A DNA stretch of 64,000 nucleotides from Bacteroidales bacterium (GCA_017962375.1 JAGCVJ010000014.1:42790-106789), one strand, 5' to 3'. Numbered from the stretch's first letter, positions 15,401 to 26,180 are shown. The notes: generated by a model from the sequence alone, not told the origin. Numbers and translations are program-made.

Positions 15401-17668
15401 TTATTTGTTTGAGGCTGGTTCCTTGTCTTTCTTGTTGTAGATCATCACCGGGCCATCTTCTCTCTTTTCGGCTTCCTTCTGGATCCTCACCTCTTCATCC
15501 AGGTCTCTAAGGCGCTTGGCCTCAGCGTCCTGGGCTTCTTTCTGCCGCTGCCTTTCCAGCTCGGCCTGGTCTTCTTCACGGATTTTCTGCCTTACGCTGT
15601 TGGCGATATCCATAATCTGGTCGTAGGACTTAGGGAAGAAGTCTCTGGTCTGGAAGAAATGCGGGAAAGTCTTCTTGCGGAGGAAGCCGCCGCGGTTGGA
15701 AGGCTTAACCTTACGGGTGGTGAGCTCGCTTCTGGAATGAGGCATTTCTTCCCCTCTCCAGTTGAAGTCTCTGAGCCTCATCTTTTCAATAGGAAGGCCG
15801 TAGGTCGGGTGGACGTCGCTCTTCACGTCCTGGATGTATCTTACTCTCTCAATGTTCTGGTCAACGATCTTGGCCGTGAGAAGCTTGCACTCCTTCTGGT
15901 TCATCAAGGTGATGGTGCTGTCTCTCTCTGCGAGGAATATCATGGCCTGCACTCCGCCCAGGGCGTCGAAACGGTAAACGTCGTTGTCCTTGAAGTAGGC
16001 CACCATCTCCGTGCTCTTGATCTGGTGGTAATGGATGGAGTCTTCCTGGCTTATGATGAAGGCGTTCTCTATGAGGTTGGCCTTGTAGATTGCGTTGTCG
16101 CGGACCGAAAGCTGGATGCTGTCGGCGGTGAACTGATTCTTCTCCTCGTTCCACAAGGCCGGGTTCTTGTAGAAGCGGGCTATGCTGTCCAGAGTGGTGT
16201 AAATCAGAGAGTCGCACACGCCTCTGAGGTCGCTTCGGTAGAGTTTCACGTTGTGGAACACGCTCATGAAAGTAACAGCCGTGGTGTCAAGCTGGGCTAG
16301 CGAGTCGGCAGCCATTGAAAGGGAGTCGCTGAGCACGGACAAGGAGTCCGTTTGAAGCTGATTTTTGTCCGGCTTCAGACCGCCTTTCATTTCAAGGCTC
16401 GGCTGCTGATTATCATTCAATTCGGGCTGGGAAGGGTCCTGGCCGTACGGCTGCTGGGCGTCCGGCTTTTTGACAGGAGGAGGCGGAAGAATCTTGCCCT
16501 CGTTTGCCTTGTTTCGGCGATAGGCTGCCAGAAACTCCCTGTTCTGGCGGTCTATCTCCACCATAGGGTCAAGATCTGCCAGCTGCCGGCGATTCTTGGC
16601 GTTGACAACTTCGGACGAATCTACCTGATTCATAGGTACCTGCCACATCTTCAGGGTATCTCCGCCAAGGAAGAGCGTGTCTCGCTTGTAGATGGGGCGC
16701 TGGGTAAGGGAATCCACGCCGGTCTTCTCCTCGGAGTACATTCCGGCAACGGCGTTTTCCGTCATATAGACCATCATCGGCCGCTGGACATACACGCCCT
16801 TGTCGCCCATAATGATGGCGGACTGAGCCTGGTCTCTAACCTGCACGTTGTCGTAGAGCTCAGCGTTGCCGGTTTCTCGGTGGTAGTCTATCCACCCTGC
16901 CCAGAGCTCCTGGTCTTTGGTGGCTATGTAGTTGTCTGTCTTCAGGACGAGGATCTTCTGCCTTACGCCGTATTCCGCGTTGTTGGAAAAGAGGGTATCG
17001 CGGCCTCTCCATGCGGTGGTGTTCTCGCCGAAGATGGCCACTTCCTGGTTGGAGTGGTACTCAGCCATCTCCGAAGCCACGAAGATGGAGTCAGAGTACA
17101 TGCAAACGTCATCGTTGAACATGAACATCCTCTCGGCCACGTCGTAGATGCCTTCCAGGCCTTCAACAATGTCGCCCTTGGCAGAGCGCATGGCTCCGCC
17201 GTTGTAGAACGTGGCAACGCTGTCGGCAGTGTTGTAGTCCAGGAACTGAGTCTTGAGCTGGTCGCCTTTCTTGTTGTAGAGCTTCACCTCCGTTCCGCGG
17301 AACTGTACCATGTTTTCATCGGCCAGATATGTTGCAAACTCGCTCTCGAGATGGGTGTCCTGCTGGATGATCTGCACATGGCCCATAGCGTCTATGACGT
17401 TGGAATTCACGTCCCAGGCGGCGCTGTCGCAGAGAAGATAAGCGTTGTTGTGCATGAAGCGGGCCGGGCCGTGGACCACCCTGAAAGGAGCGCCGTTGAT
17501 TTCTGTAAGCTGAATGGCCTTGGCTGAAATCAGGCGGACCAGGCTGTCTCTGTCCTGTCCGAAGTCCTGGGCCTTTGCCATCGATGTTCCCAAGGCAACA
17601 AGAAGCACGCAGAGGAACGCTCCCCTGAATCTGAAATGCAGTTTTCTTATGGTTGTCCAGACAGGCAT
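15401..17668 (-). CDS. OstA/LptA-like repeat protein (organic-solvent-tolerance N-terminal-like)
   Basis: ORF track, 755 aa with a signal peptide. Repeated OstA_N-like beta segments (HGPARFMHNNAYLLCDSAAWD..). Sits next to the SurA-like gene, as is common in Bacteroidales. Confidence 0.6.
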   Translation of the reverse strand: MPVWTTIRKLHFRFRGAFLCVLLVALGTSMAKAQDFGQDRDSLVRLISAKAIQLTEINGAPFRVVHGPARFMHNNAYLLCDSAAWDVNSNVIDAMGHVQIIQQDTHLESEFATYLADENMVQFRGTEVKLYNKKGDQLKTQFLDYNTADSVATFYNGGAMRSAKGDIVEGLEGIYDVAERMFMFNDDVCMYSDSIFVASEMAEYHSNQEVAIFGENTTAWRGRDTLFSNNAEYGVRQKILVLKTDNYIATKDQELWAGWIDYHRETGNAELYDNVQVRDQAQSAIIMGDKGVYVQRPMMVYMTENAVAGMYSEEKTGVDSLTQRPIYKRDTLFLGGDTLKMWQVPMNQVDSSEVVNAKNRRQLADLDPMVEIDRQNREFLAAYRRNKANEGKILPPPPVKKPDAQQPYGQDPSQPELNDNQQPSLEMKGGLKPDKNQLQTDSLSVLSDSLSMAADSLAQLDTTAVTFMSVFHNVKLYRSDLRGVCDSLIYTTLDSIARFYKNPALWNEEKNQFTADSIQLSVRDNAIYKANLIENAFIISQEDSIHYHQIKSTEMVAYFKDNDVYRFDALGGVQAMIFLAERDSTITLMNQKECKLLTAKIVDQNIERVRYIQDVKSDVHPTYGLPIEKMRLRDFNWRGEEMPHSRSELTTRKVKPSNRGGFLRKKTFPHFFQTRDFFPKSYDQIMDIANSVRQKIREEDQAELERQRQKEAQDAEAKRLRDLDEEVRIQKEAEKREDGPVMIYNKKDKEPASNK

Positions 17669-17686
17669 TGTTGCAGACTATAGCCG

Positions 17687-19078
17687 CTATTTCTTTTCCT
17701 CGGCGGTCTTTACCCAGCCGTCCATCTCAAACTGGCAGTCTCTGAACATCTCGTCTATGCGGATGAAGGTGGTCTTCTGCTTTTCGCTGATGAACTTCTT
17801 GATTGCCTCCTGCTGCTTGAGGTTCTGGGCGAAATTCTGCACCACTACAAAATCGCGGTCGATGTCTGCGGTGTGAGACGGAACTATTTCCTCCAGCTTG
17901 ATGATCTTGAAGATAATCTGGCCGTGGCCTTCGTTGTCCTGGCTCTCGAACGGAGCGGAAATGTCGCCGATCTTCATGTCTTTGAGAACGGCATAGTCGG
18001 AAGGCTTGAGCATATCTTTCTCAAAGTAGGTGCTTCCGGTGTTCTCGTCCACCATCACTCCGCCGTTCAGGTACGACTTAGGATCCTGGGAATACATCAG
18101 GGCAGCCTTGTCAAACGTCAGGCTGTCAGAGAGTATGGCCGTGCGGATGCTGTCCAGGCGGTTGATGCACTTCTGCCTGTTCTCGTAGCTGTACTTAGGC
18201 TTGAGAAGCAGATGGCGCACGTTGAACATGTCGCCGTTCTTCTCTATCATCTGGATCAGGTGGTATCCGTCCGGAGTTTCCACTATCTGCGATATCTGGC
18301 CTTCCTTGAGGCTTATGGCCGCGTCGGAGAAAGAAGCCCAGAACATGGTGCCGGGAGCCATTCCAAGCTCGCCGCCCCTGATGGCAGACTCCTTGTCGTC
18401 GGAATACAGGGCGCAAAGGGAGGAGAACCTCTCGCCGTTGATCACTCTCTGGCGGAACTCCAGCAGCTTCTCCTTCACATCCATAACAGCATCTTCCTTG
18501 TCGGGATAAAGCACTATATGCCTCATCTTGTACTCGGTGGAGATTATCGGGAGAGTGTCCTTGTCCACCTTCTTGTAGAACCGGCGAACCTCGCTCGGAG
18601 TGAGATTAGGCACTTCGCTAACAATCTGCCTCTGCTCCTGCTGGATGAGGCTCTGCTCGCCGAAAATGGCCCTCCAGTCTTCCTTCAGGCGGAAAAGCGG
18701 CTTGCGGAAATACTCCTCAACCTGTTTCTCTCCGCCCAGGCGGTAGAGGATGTTGTCCACCCTTTCCTGGAGCTGCATCTCAACCATATCCGAATTAATG
18801 GTAAGGCTGTCCAGCTTAGCCTGGTTCAAGAAGAGCTTCTGCTGAAGGGTCTGCTCCAGAACCTGGCAGCGCATCTTCTTGTCCTCGGTGGGAGCCACTC
18901 CGTTTGCCAGCATCAGCTGAACCTGCTCCTCAATCTGAGAAAGCAGAATGGACTCGTTGCCTATGAGAGCTATAGTTTTGTCTATCAATCCGTTATTGTA
19001 CACCTGAGCTTCCGCCTCAGAGGCCGATGCCAGGATAACCAAAGCTGCAAGAACTGCAGAAATCTTTCTAAGGAACAT
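17687..19078 (-). CDS. SurA-like periplasmic peptidyl-prolyl isomerase (parvulin type)
   Basis: ORF track, 463 aa with a signal peptide. Two parvulin-like segments (MRHIVLYPD.., VRHLLLKPK..). Confidence 0.8.
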   Translation of the reverse strand: MFLRKISAVLAALVILASASEAEAQVYNNGLIDKTIALIGNESILLSQIEEQVQLMLANGVAPTEDKKMRCQVLEQTLQQKLFLNQAKLDSLTINSDMVEMQLQERVDNILYRLGGEKQVEEYFRKPLFRLKEDWRAIFGEQSLIQQEQRQIVSEVPNLTPSEVRRFYKKVDKDTLPIISTEYKMRHIVLYPDKEDAVMDVKEKLLEFRQRVINGERFSSLCALYSDDKESAIRGGELGMAPGTMFWASFSDAAISLKEGQISQIVETPDGYHLIQMIEKNGDMFNVRHLLLKPKYSYENRQKCINRLDSIRTAILSDSLTFDKAALMYSQDPKSYLNGGVMVDENTGSTYFEKDMLKPSDYAVLKDMKIGDISAPFESQDNEGHGQIIFKIIKLEEIVPSHTADIDRDFVVVQNFAQNLKQQEAIKKFISEKQKTTFIRIDEMFRDCQFEMDGWVKTAEEKK

Positions 19079-19146
19079 CTGTTATACTTTTTTCAACTAT
19101 TATCTTTTTCTCAGCGACGGCTTCATCTGCCGCCTCTGCCGCCAGG

Positions 19147-20637
19147 CTAAAGCCCGCGGCTGTAGTTCGGAGCCTCACGGGTGATGGTCACATCGTGAGG
19201 ATGGTTCTCCCTCACTCCGGCTGAAGTGATTCGCACGAACTTGGCGCTGCGCAGGGTTTCTATGTCCTTTGCTCCACAGTAGCCCATTCCGGCTCTCAGT
19301 CCTCCGGCCAGCTGGTAGATAACCTCGTTGAGCTGACCCTTGAACGGAACCTGAGCCACGATGCCTTCCGGAACCAGTTTCTTCACGTCGTCTTCCATAT
19401 CCTGGAAGTAGCGGTCCTTGCTGCCCTGCTGCATCGCCTCCAGAGATCCCATTCCGCGGTAAGACTTGAACTTCCTACCGTTGAGGATGATGGTTTCTCC
19501 CGGAGACTCCTCCACTCCTGCAAACAAAGACCCTGCCATTATGGTGCTCGCTCCAGCTGCCAGAGCCTTCACTATATCGCCCGAGTAGCGGATTCCTCCG
19601 TCAGCGATTACCGGTATGCCCGTGCCCTTGAGGGCATTTGCGGCCAGCATTACGGCCGTGAGCTGCGGCACGCCCACTCCGGCTACCACTCTTGTGGTGC
19701 AGATTGATCCAGGACCGATACCCACCTTAACGGCATCCACGCCGCACTCAGCCAGCGCCAGGGCTCCTTCTGCCGTAGCCACGTTTCCGGCCACTATCTG
19801 CATGCTCGGGAACGCCTTCCTGACTGCCTTGAGCGTCTTGAGCACCCCTTCTGAATGTCCGTGGGCCGTGTCTATGACGATAGCGTCCACGCCCGCCTCA
19901 GCCAACAGCGCCACTCTGTCCGTAACGTCTGCGGTCACTCCTACGGCGGCGGCTGTCATCAGCCTTCCCATAGAGTCTTTGCTGGCGCTCGGGTTGTCCT
20001 TTATCTGGGTAATGTCCTTGTAGGTAATCAGTCCTATGAGCTCGCCCTGCTTGTTCACCACCGGAAGCTTCTCAATCCTGTACTTCTGCAGCAGACGAGT
20101 AGCCTCAGCCAGATCCGTGCGGGTTGTGGTTATCAGGTTCTCGCTGGTCATCACCTTGCGGATAGGAGTTTTCTTGTTGGAAACAAAGCGGAGGTCTCTG
20201 TTTGTCACGATTCCTATGAGCTTTTTCTCCGGATCCACCACCGGTATTCCGCCGATGTGATTCTCCGCCATCAGCTTCAGCGCGTCTGCCACACATGCGT
20301 CCGGGGAAATGGTTATCGGGTCGAAGATCATTCCGTTCTCGGCCCTTTTCACCCGGCGCACCTGATCTGCCTGCACGTCAATCGGCATATTCTTGTGAAT
20401 CACGCCTATACCGCCCTCCCTGGCCATGGCTATCGCCATCCTGTAGTCGGTAACCGTATCCATCGCTGAAGAAACAACAGGTACCTGGAGAGTGATCTCG
20501 CGAGTAAACTTTGAAGCTATGTTTACCTCCCTCGGAAGAACGTTGGAGTGGGCGGGAACAAGAAGTACATCATCAAATGTCAGACCTTCCATGATTATCT
20601 GGTCTGCGAAGCTGCTTGGGTTAACTTTCTGTGGCAT
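19147..20637 (-). CDS. guaB: IMP dehydrogenase
   Basis: Track ORF reaches 20697. The ATG at 20637 ([17 protein letters not shown]) gives the canonical length. CBS pair, [11 protein letters not shown] and GGIRYSGD motifs are present. Confidence 0.95.
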   Translation of the reverse strand: MPQKVNPSSFADQIIMEGLTFDDVLLVPAHSNVLPREVNIASKFTREITLQVPVVSSAMDTVTDYRMAIAMAREGGIGVIHKNMPIDVQADQVRRVKRAENGMIFDPITISPDACVADALKLMAENHIGGIPVVDPEKKLIGIVTNRDLRFVSNKKTPIRKVMTSENLITTTRTDLAEATRLLQKYRIEKLPVVNKQGELIGLITYKDITQIKDNPSASKDSMGRLMTAAAVGVTADVTDRVALLAEAGVDAIVIDTAHGHSEGVLKTLKAVRKAFPSMQIVAGNVATAEGALALAECGVDAVKVGIGPGSICTTRVVAGVGVPQLTAVMLAANALKGTGIPVIADGGIRYSGDIVKALAAGASTIMAGSLFAGVEESPGETIILNGRKFKSYRGMGSLEAMQQGSKDRYFQDMEDDVKKLVPEGIVAQVPFKGQLNEVIYQLAGGLRAGMGYCGAKDIETLRSAKFVRITSAGVRENHPHDVTITREAPNYSRGL

Positions 20638-20737
20638 GACGAGCGTATTGTTATTCCAACAAACAATAATTTGGCGAATATACTCAATTCTGCCCAAACG
20701 CCCAAAAACAACTTTCAGTTGAAGTTCAAAAACCGTC

Positions 20738-21634
20738 TCACTTCATCCTCTTTCGGAGCATGGCCAGGAGCTCCTGGTAGCGGACAAGCCCCCAGCTTTT
20801 CTGAAGCGGGGAAAGAAACCTCGGAGGAACCTCCCCTGCAAAGCGGTCTATGTAAATGTCAGGCCTGAGACGGCCTATGAAATCTGCCATGAAGTCCAGA
20901 TACTCCTCCAGCGTGAACTCGTGGAAATCCTCCCGATGCTCAGCGAACTCCTTCTCCATCCGGGTGCCGCGGATGATCTGCAGCTGATGGAACTTGACCG
21001 CCGTCACGGGCAGGGAGTTTATAACCTGGGCTTCGTCTCTCATCATGCTCAGCGATTCTCCCGGAAGGCCGAAGATGAAGTGCGCGCACTGCGTCAGCCC
21101 TCTTCTGGCCGTCTCCTCCACCGCCTTGACCGCGCACTCGAAGTCGTGCCCGCGCCCTATCCTCTCCAGCGTCTTGTTGTAGCAGCTCTCAATCCCGTAC
21201 TCCACTATCACAATCTTCCCATCATCCTGGATGCTCTGCAGCAAATCCAGCTTCTCGGAATCCACACAGTCCGGGCGGGTGCCAACAACAATGCCCTCGA
21301 TCAGCGGATGAGAAAGAGCCGTGGCATAAAGCTCCCGAAGCTTTTCCACCGGAGCGTAAGTATTGCTATATGGCTGAAAATACGCAATGTACCTCTGGGC
21401 ATGGCGGTAACGTACAGTATGAAACTCAATGCCCTCGTCTATCTGCTGGAACAGCGGCTTGTCCGGAGTGCAGTAGTTCGGATGGAAGGCATCGTTGAGG
21501 CAGAAAGAGCAGCCCCCCACTCCCTTTGTCCCGTCGCGGTTCGGGCAGGTAAAACCAGCATCCACGACCACCTTCTGCAGCCGCGCCCCGTACTTCTTCC
21601 TGAAATAGTCCACAAACGAATTCAGCTCCGCCAT
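20738..21634 (-). CDS. TIGR01212-type radical SAM protein
   Basis: ORF track, 298 aa. GFTCPNRDGTKGVGGCSFC motif. Confidence 0.85.
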   Translation of the reverse strand: MAELNSFVDYFRKKYGARLQKVVVDAGFTCPNRDGTKGVGGCSFCLNDAFHPNYCTPDKPLFQQIDEGIEFHTVRYRHAQRYIAYFQPYSNTYAPVEKLRELYATALSHPLIEGIVVGTRPDCVDSEKLDLLQSIQDDGKIVIVEYGIESCYNKTLERIGRGHDFECAVKAVEETARRGLTQCAHFIFGLPGESLSMMRDEAQVINSLPVTAVKFHQLQIIRGTRMEKEFAEHREDFHEFTLEEYLDFMADFIGRLRPDIYIDRFAGEVPPRFLSPLQKSWGLVRYQELLAMLRKRMK

Positions 21635-21640
21635 AACAAG

Positions 21641-22555
21641 CTATTTTCTAGTAACACCTGGAGTTGGGAGATACTTGCAGCCTACGCTGTCTTTGGTCAC
21701 AGTTACAACCTCATAGCCCGAGTAACCGCGTCCAAGCGGACTGCCGACAGGCCCGGCCGTTACAAAGCGGATGCCGTCAACAGTTGTATCATAGTCCATG
21801 TGCGTATGCCCGGCAAACACCACGTCCACTCCATACTTTTTGAAAAGTTCTATGTACTTTATCCTTCTTTTCTTGTGGAAATTGAAGTAGTCATCCTTCT
21901 CAGCGATATCCTCACGAATAACTGGACAATGCAAGAACACGAAAATATAGCGGCAGCTGCGGGCCTTCCTAAGCTCTCGTTCCAACCACTTGAACTGATT
22001 ATCTTCAGCATCCATCGCATCTTGCCAAAGGTCCATGTCTTTGAAGAAAGGAAGAATTTGAGAACCGGTTGCCTGCTGATTTTGAACAGAAACTACTGAA
22101 TCCTCAAATTTTTCCCATCCGTCTTTGATGCAGTTGGAGTCAAAGCCTATGAAAGCGCAGCCGTTGACGCGGATGGAAAAGCCATCGTAATCTCGAAGCG
22201 CAATATAATTGCTATGGTTTTCTTTGTTCCATGGCCGGATGTCGTGATTGCCCGGGATTTCATACACCTCGGCTTTGATCTTGGAGCGGTTGGCTCTGTA
22301 GATAGAGTCCTGGTACTTGTCGTAGGCATCGTTGATAAGGTCTCCGGTAATTATCACGCACTCAGGATTCAGGGCATTGACAGCCTCTACGGCTTTGCTG
22401 AAAAGAGTGTCGGTATGCACCAGGCCTTGGGAGTTATCGCGGAAGCCGATCTGGGGATCGGTCATCTGAACGAACGTGAACTCCGTAAACTTCGGGCTGC
22501 AAGATGCCAGAAGGCAAAGTGTTATGGTTAAGCTGAGGGCTGTATGCTTTCTCAT
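21641..22555 (-). CDS. Metallophosphoesterase lipoprotein
   Basis: ORF track, 304 aa. Lipobox LLASC. Motifs DPQ, GDLIND, GNHD and GHTHMD. Confidence 0.85.
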   Translation of the reverse strand: MRKHTALSLTITLCLLASCSPKFTEFTFVQMTDPQIGFRDNSQGLVHTDTLFSKAVEAVNALNPECVIITGDLINDAYDKYQDSIYRANRSKIKAEVYEIPGNHDIRPWNKENHSNYIALRDYDGFSIRVNGCAFIGFDSNCIKDGWEKFEDSVVSVQNQQATGSQILPFFKDMDLWQDAMDAEDNQFKWLERELRKARSCRYIFVFLHCPVIREDIAEKDDYFNFHKKRRIKYIELFKKYGVDVVFAGHTHMDYDTTVDGIRFVTAGPVGSPLGRGYSGYEVVTVTKDSVGCKYLPTPGVTRK

Positions 22556-22562
22556 GCGAGAA

Positions 22563-23378
22563 TTACTTGACTCTGTAGTAGAGGGTGCCGTCTACATAGA
22601 GGGCGTCCTTATCTCCGATGTAAGCAACGGAATGCGTCATAGGAATATCCACAGTCCTTTCAAGCGGAACCAGAAGATTTCCGTTTTCGTCATAAGCGGA
22701 TTTCTTGTAGTCCCAGTCGCCTTTGACATACCAGCCGTCCTCAATGGCTCCGGAATATACAGGGTTTGCGGCGTCCTCTTCATAGTTGTAAATGCAGATG
22801 ATGTCGCCTTTGGTTTCCAGCGGCTCTTCAAACAGCCCGTCAGGGAAATGGACACTGATCACATAGCAGTTGTCATAGCGTTTCAGAAGCTCCTCGGGAC
22901 CTGGTTCAAATTCCCATTTCTCGTCATTCATTATGTATAAAGGCTGGCCGTTTCTGCTGGACTTGAATATGGTGGCCAGGTTGCCGTCTTTATCTTTGAA
23001 GACTATCCTGTTCCCGACAAGTTCGGTTGTCAGCTGGTTCTGGTTGTAAACAACCTTTTCGGCCTTGGACTTAGGGAAGACGAATGCGCCATACACGGTG
23101 CCGTCTTCGGCTTCTTCCGGGAGAAACTTGTAGTTGTCCGCGTCATAGTCGACTACGGAGTTGTATTCATTGTTGTCATCGCAGATCAAATCTCCTTTCT
23201 CGAAATGGTAGCTGCTGGTGACATCGCTGAAATCTTCGGTGGCATAGTAGGCGGTCAAGGTTCCGGCCTCCGGAGTCTTTACCGGAGCCTGCTGGGTCTG
23301 GGTCTGGCTGTTGGATTTGCAGCAAACAGACAAAGCTGAAACCGCAAAAATGGCTGAGATGGTCAGGATTCTTTTCAT
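22563..23378 (-). CDS. Hypothetical lipoprotein
   Basis: ORF track, 271 aa. Signal peptide with Cys (SALSVCC). No family recognised. Confidence 0.7.
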   Translation of the reverse strand: MKRILTISAIFAVSALSVCCKSNSQTQTQQAPVKTPEAGTLTAYYATEDFSDVTSSYHFEKGDLICDDNNEYNSVVDYDADNYKFLPEEAEDGTVYGAFVFPKSKAEKVVYNQNQLTTELVGNRIVFKDKDGNLATIFKSSRNGQPLYIMNDEKWEFEPGPEELLKRYDNCYVISVHFPDGLFEEPLETKGDIICIYNYEEDAANPVYSGAIEDGWYVKGDWDYKKSAYDENGNLLVPLERTVDIPMTHSVAYIGDKDALYVDGTLYYRVK

Positions 23379-23414
23379 AGGTATAATGTGTTTTTACAAA
23401 GTTACTAAATTTTG

Positions 23415-23422
23415 TATATTTG
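23415..23422 (+). promoter_or_regulatory. TAnnTTTG -7 box (TATATTTG)
   Basis: Ends 23 nt before the ATG at 23445. Confidence 0.45.
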
Positions 23423-23444
23423 TTATCTGTAAACATTCATCGCG

Positions 23445-24659
23445 ATGAAAAGAATCTTAATGCTGCTGTCGGCAGCCCTTCTGCTGAACGTTTCCTGTTT
23501 TGGACAGAACGTGAATCAGCTGTTCCAGAGAATCAACAACGAAGTACGTGACATCTACGCTCCTGACGAGAGGGACAAGACTTACGAGGTTTCCCTGATT
23601 GACAACAAAGGCACGCTTACCCTGGTAGGTTCAACCACTGAAAAGGAAGCCATAGACGCCCTGTTTTCAAGGCTTGGCAAGGCCGGCATCAAGGCCGTGA
23701 ACAAGATAGATCTGCTTCCGTCCAAAAAGCTGAACGGCAAGACCTACGGAATCGTCTGCATGTCCACCGCCAGCTTCAACTGCGGCGGAAGTTTCAGCGC
23801 GGAGAGCGGAACGCAGGCCCTGATGGGAATGCCGGTCAGGATCCTGGAGGAGAATAATGACGACTGGTACCGCTGCATCAACATGGAGGGCTATACGGCC
23901 TGGGTGATTACCCGCAGCGTAAAGGCAATGACCGAGGAAGAATACAAGGCCTATCTGGCAAAGCCGAAGGTTTTTGTAAAGGTAAAGTACTCAACCCTGT
24001 ACTCAGAGAAGAATGTCAACAGCCTGCCGGTGAGCGACCTTGTCTGGGGATGTATCCTCATCGATGAAGGAAAGCACGGGGCCTGGAGGAAAGTGTCCGT
24101 AGCGGACGGCAGAACGGGATATGTTCCGGCAGCCGATGTTGTGGACCTCAAGACCTGGATGGACAACGCCGAGCCAACGGAGAAGAATATCGTGGAAACC
24201 GCCAAGCAGTTCTGCGGCTTCCCTTACGTTTGGGGAGGAACCAGCATCAAGGGCGTGGACTGCAGCGGACTTAGCAAGAGCGTCTATTTCCTCAACGGCT
24301 ATGTTCTAAGAAGAGACGCATCGCAGCAGTGCAAGACCGGAGACAGCGTGGACGTGAGCAAGTTTGTTGCAGGAAACTACACCAAGGAGGCTCTTTCCAA
24401 CCTCCGTCCAGGAGACCTGGTGTTCTTCGGACGCAAGGCCGAGAACGGAAGAAGGGAGAGAGTGACCCACGTAGCCATCTACATGGGCGACGGAATGATC
24501 ATCCACTCCTCAAATATCGTCAGAATCAACAGCCTGATTCCTGGTGAGAAAGACTACTACGCCGGATCCAAGAGAATGCTCAAGGCCCGCCGCATAATCG
24601 GCACCGCAGACCAGGGCAAGGGAGTGGTAAGCGTAAGGAAAATCGGCCTTACCGAATAA
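23445..24659 (+). CDS. NlpC/P60 cell-wall peptidase with SH3-like domains (YkfC-like gamma-D-Glu-diamino acid endopeptidase)
   Basis: ORF track, 404 aa with a signal peptide. FPYVWGGTSIKGVDCSGL (catalytic Cys) and HVAIYMGDGMIIHSS. Confidence 0.85.
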   Translation: MKRILMLLSAALLLNVSCFGQNVNQLFQRINNEVRDIYAPDERDKTYEVSLIDNKGTLTLVGSTTEKEAIDALFSRLGKAGIKAVNKIDLLPSKKLNGKTYGIVCMSTASFNCGGSFSAESGTQALMGMPVRILEENNDDWYRCINMEGYTAWVITRSVKAMTEEEYKAYLAKPKVFVKVKYSTLYSEKNVNSLPVSDLVWGCILIDEGKHGAWRKVSVADGRTGYVPAADVVDLKTWMDNAEPTEKNIVETAKQFCGFPYVWGGTSIKGVDCSGLSKSVYFLNGYVLRRDASQQCKTGDSVDVSKFVAGNYTKEALSNLRPGDLVFFGRKAENGRRERVTHVAIYMGDGMIIHSSNIVRINSLIPGEKDYYAGSKRMLKARRIIGTADQGKGVVSVRKIGLTE

Positions 24660-24699
24660 TCGCAGAGAAATAACTGATAAACATTTAAACATACACAAG

Positions 24700-25884
24700 A
24701 TGACCGACAGAAGAACTTTCTTGAAGAGCGCAGGACTGCTCACAGCTGCAGCCGCTCTTCTGAGTCCATCACAGATTTTCGCCCGGGCAAAGGGTGTTTC
24801 CAAACCGAGCGGAAAGAAAGAACTCGAACTGGAGTGGTGCCCTTTCACCGCCAAGATGAAGCACGTATTCACCATCTCCAACAGTTCCAGAACCACAACC
24901 CCTATCGTTCTGACAAGAATCACCTACGACGGATATGTAGGATACGGTGAAGCCGCCATGCCGCCATATCTTGGAGAGACCACAAACTCCGCGATCGACT
25001 ACCTGAAGAAGGCAAGGCCGGTTCTGAAGAAGTTCAAGGATCCGTTCATGATCGGAGCAATCATGGCCGAGATGGATGCCATCACCACCAACAACACCGC
25101 TGCAAAGGCTTCCATAGACATCGCCCTCCACGATCTGGTAGGAAACATCTTCGGACAGCCTTGGTGGAAGATATGGGGATTTGACCCTGCAAACTGCCCT
25201 TACAACTCCTTCACCGTAGGTCTGGCAGAAAGGGCAGAAGTTCTGGAAAAGGCAAAGGAAGCCGCTTCCGAAGGCCATCTTATCAAGGTTAAACTCGGAA
25301 GAAGCGAGGAACAGGACAAGATGATGATCAACACCATCCGCGAAGTCACCGACACCACCATCTGCATCGACGCCAACCAGGGATGGAAGGACAAGCACTA
25401 TGCCCTTGACATGATCAACTGGCTCGCCACCAAGAACGTGAACATGATCGAGCAGCCTATGCCTAAACTGATGCTCGAGGAAACCGGATGGCTGACAGAG
25501 AGAAGCCCGCTGCCAATCATGGCCGACGAGGCCTGCCAGAGGCTCAGCGATGTACGCAAGCTCTACGGCCACTACTCCGGAATCAACATAAAGCTGATGA
25601 AATGTACAGGTCTGCACGAGGCAAGGGAGATGGTATCCCTGGCCCAGGCACTGGGAATGAAGCTGATGATCGGCTGCATGACCGAGACTTCTGTCGCCAT
25701 CGCCGCCGGAGCACAGATCGCTCCTGTCTGCGAATGGACCGACCTGGACGGCAACTGGCTGATTGCAAACGACGTATTCCACTCCTCAACCGTAGTTGAC
25801 GGAAGGATTGTTCCTTCATCCAAGCCAGGTCTCGGACTCGAGATGAACAAGGGCGTAGACCTCAAATATGCCGCAGAAGAATAA
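24700..25884 (+). CDS. Dipeptide epimerase (enolase superfamily, L-Ala-D/L-Glu epimerase family) with a twin-arginine signal
   Basis: ORF track, 394 aa. N-terminus MTDRRTFLKSAGLLTAAAALL. Motifs IKVKLG, DANQGW, IEQP, IKLMKCTG and DLDG. Confidence 0.8.
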   Translation: MTDRRTFLKSAGLLTAAAALLSPSQIFARAKGVSKPSGKKELELEWCPFTAKMKHVFTISNSSRTTTPIVLTRITYDGYVGYGEAAMPPYLGETTNSAIDYLKKARPVLKKFKDPFMIGAIMAEMDAITTNNTAAKASIDIALHDLVGNIFGQPWWKIWGFDPANCPYNSFTVGLAERAEVLEKAKEAASEGHLIKVKLGRSEEQDKMMINTIREVTDTTICIDANQGWKDKHYALDMINWLATKNVNMIEQPMPKLMLEETGWLTERSPLPIMADEACQRLSDVRKLYGHYSGINIKLMKCTGLHEAREMVSLAQALGMKLMIGCMTETSVAIAAGAQIAPVCEWTDLDGNWLIANDVFHSSTVVDGRIVPSSKPGLGLEMNKGVDLKYAAEE

Positions 25885-25901
25885 CTAAAAACAAACACTA
25901 T

Positions 25902-26180
25902 ATGAGAAACCTCAGAACAATAAAGAAGGACGTTGAATTCCTTGTTGCAGAACTAGTGGATGACTGCTTCATCTATCTGGAACTCAATGGAGAAGAGAAA
26001 ATGGAAAAAGTTGGTGAAATCATCGGCGAAGCCCTTGATCTCCAGGACGACACTATGGACAAGATCAACCGCCGTCCAAAGGAAGAGAAGGCCAGCAAAT
26101 ACTACAATGCCGTCACCAAGGAGTTCCTGGAAGGCATAGACACTCTCTACGAGAAGCTCAGCGACCTCAGCAAAAAGTAA
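25902..26180 (+). CDS. Small hypothetical protein
   Basis: ORF track, 92 aa, helical-looking. Followed by a hairpin terminator. Confidence 0.6.
   Translation: MRNLRTIKKDVEFLVAELVDDCFIYLELNGEEKMEKVGEIIGEALDLQDDTMDKINRRPKEEKASKYYNAVTKEFLEGIDTLYEKLSDLSKK

Noticed and set aside
15659-19150. Long plus-strand ORFs (15659..16300, 16352..17527, 17873..19150) opposite the OstA-like and SurA-like genes
   Set aside because: These are shadow ORFs antisense to genes with clear family motifs. Their products are low-complexity and rich in Leu, Val, Gly and His, with no recognisable motifs.
20921-22099. 392-aa plus-strand ORF spanning the radical SAM and metallophosphoesterase genes
   Set aside because: It is antisense to two well-supported genes, crosses their intergenic gap, and has no motifs.
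24769-25782. 337-aa minus-strand ORF inside the dipeptide epimerase gene
   Set aside because: It is an antisense shadow ORF. The plus-strand product carries the enolase-superfamily catalytic motifs.
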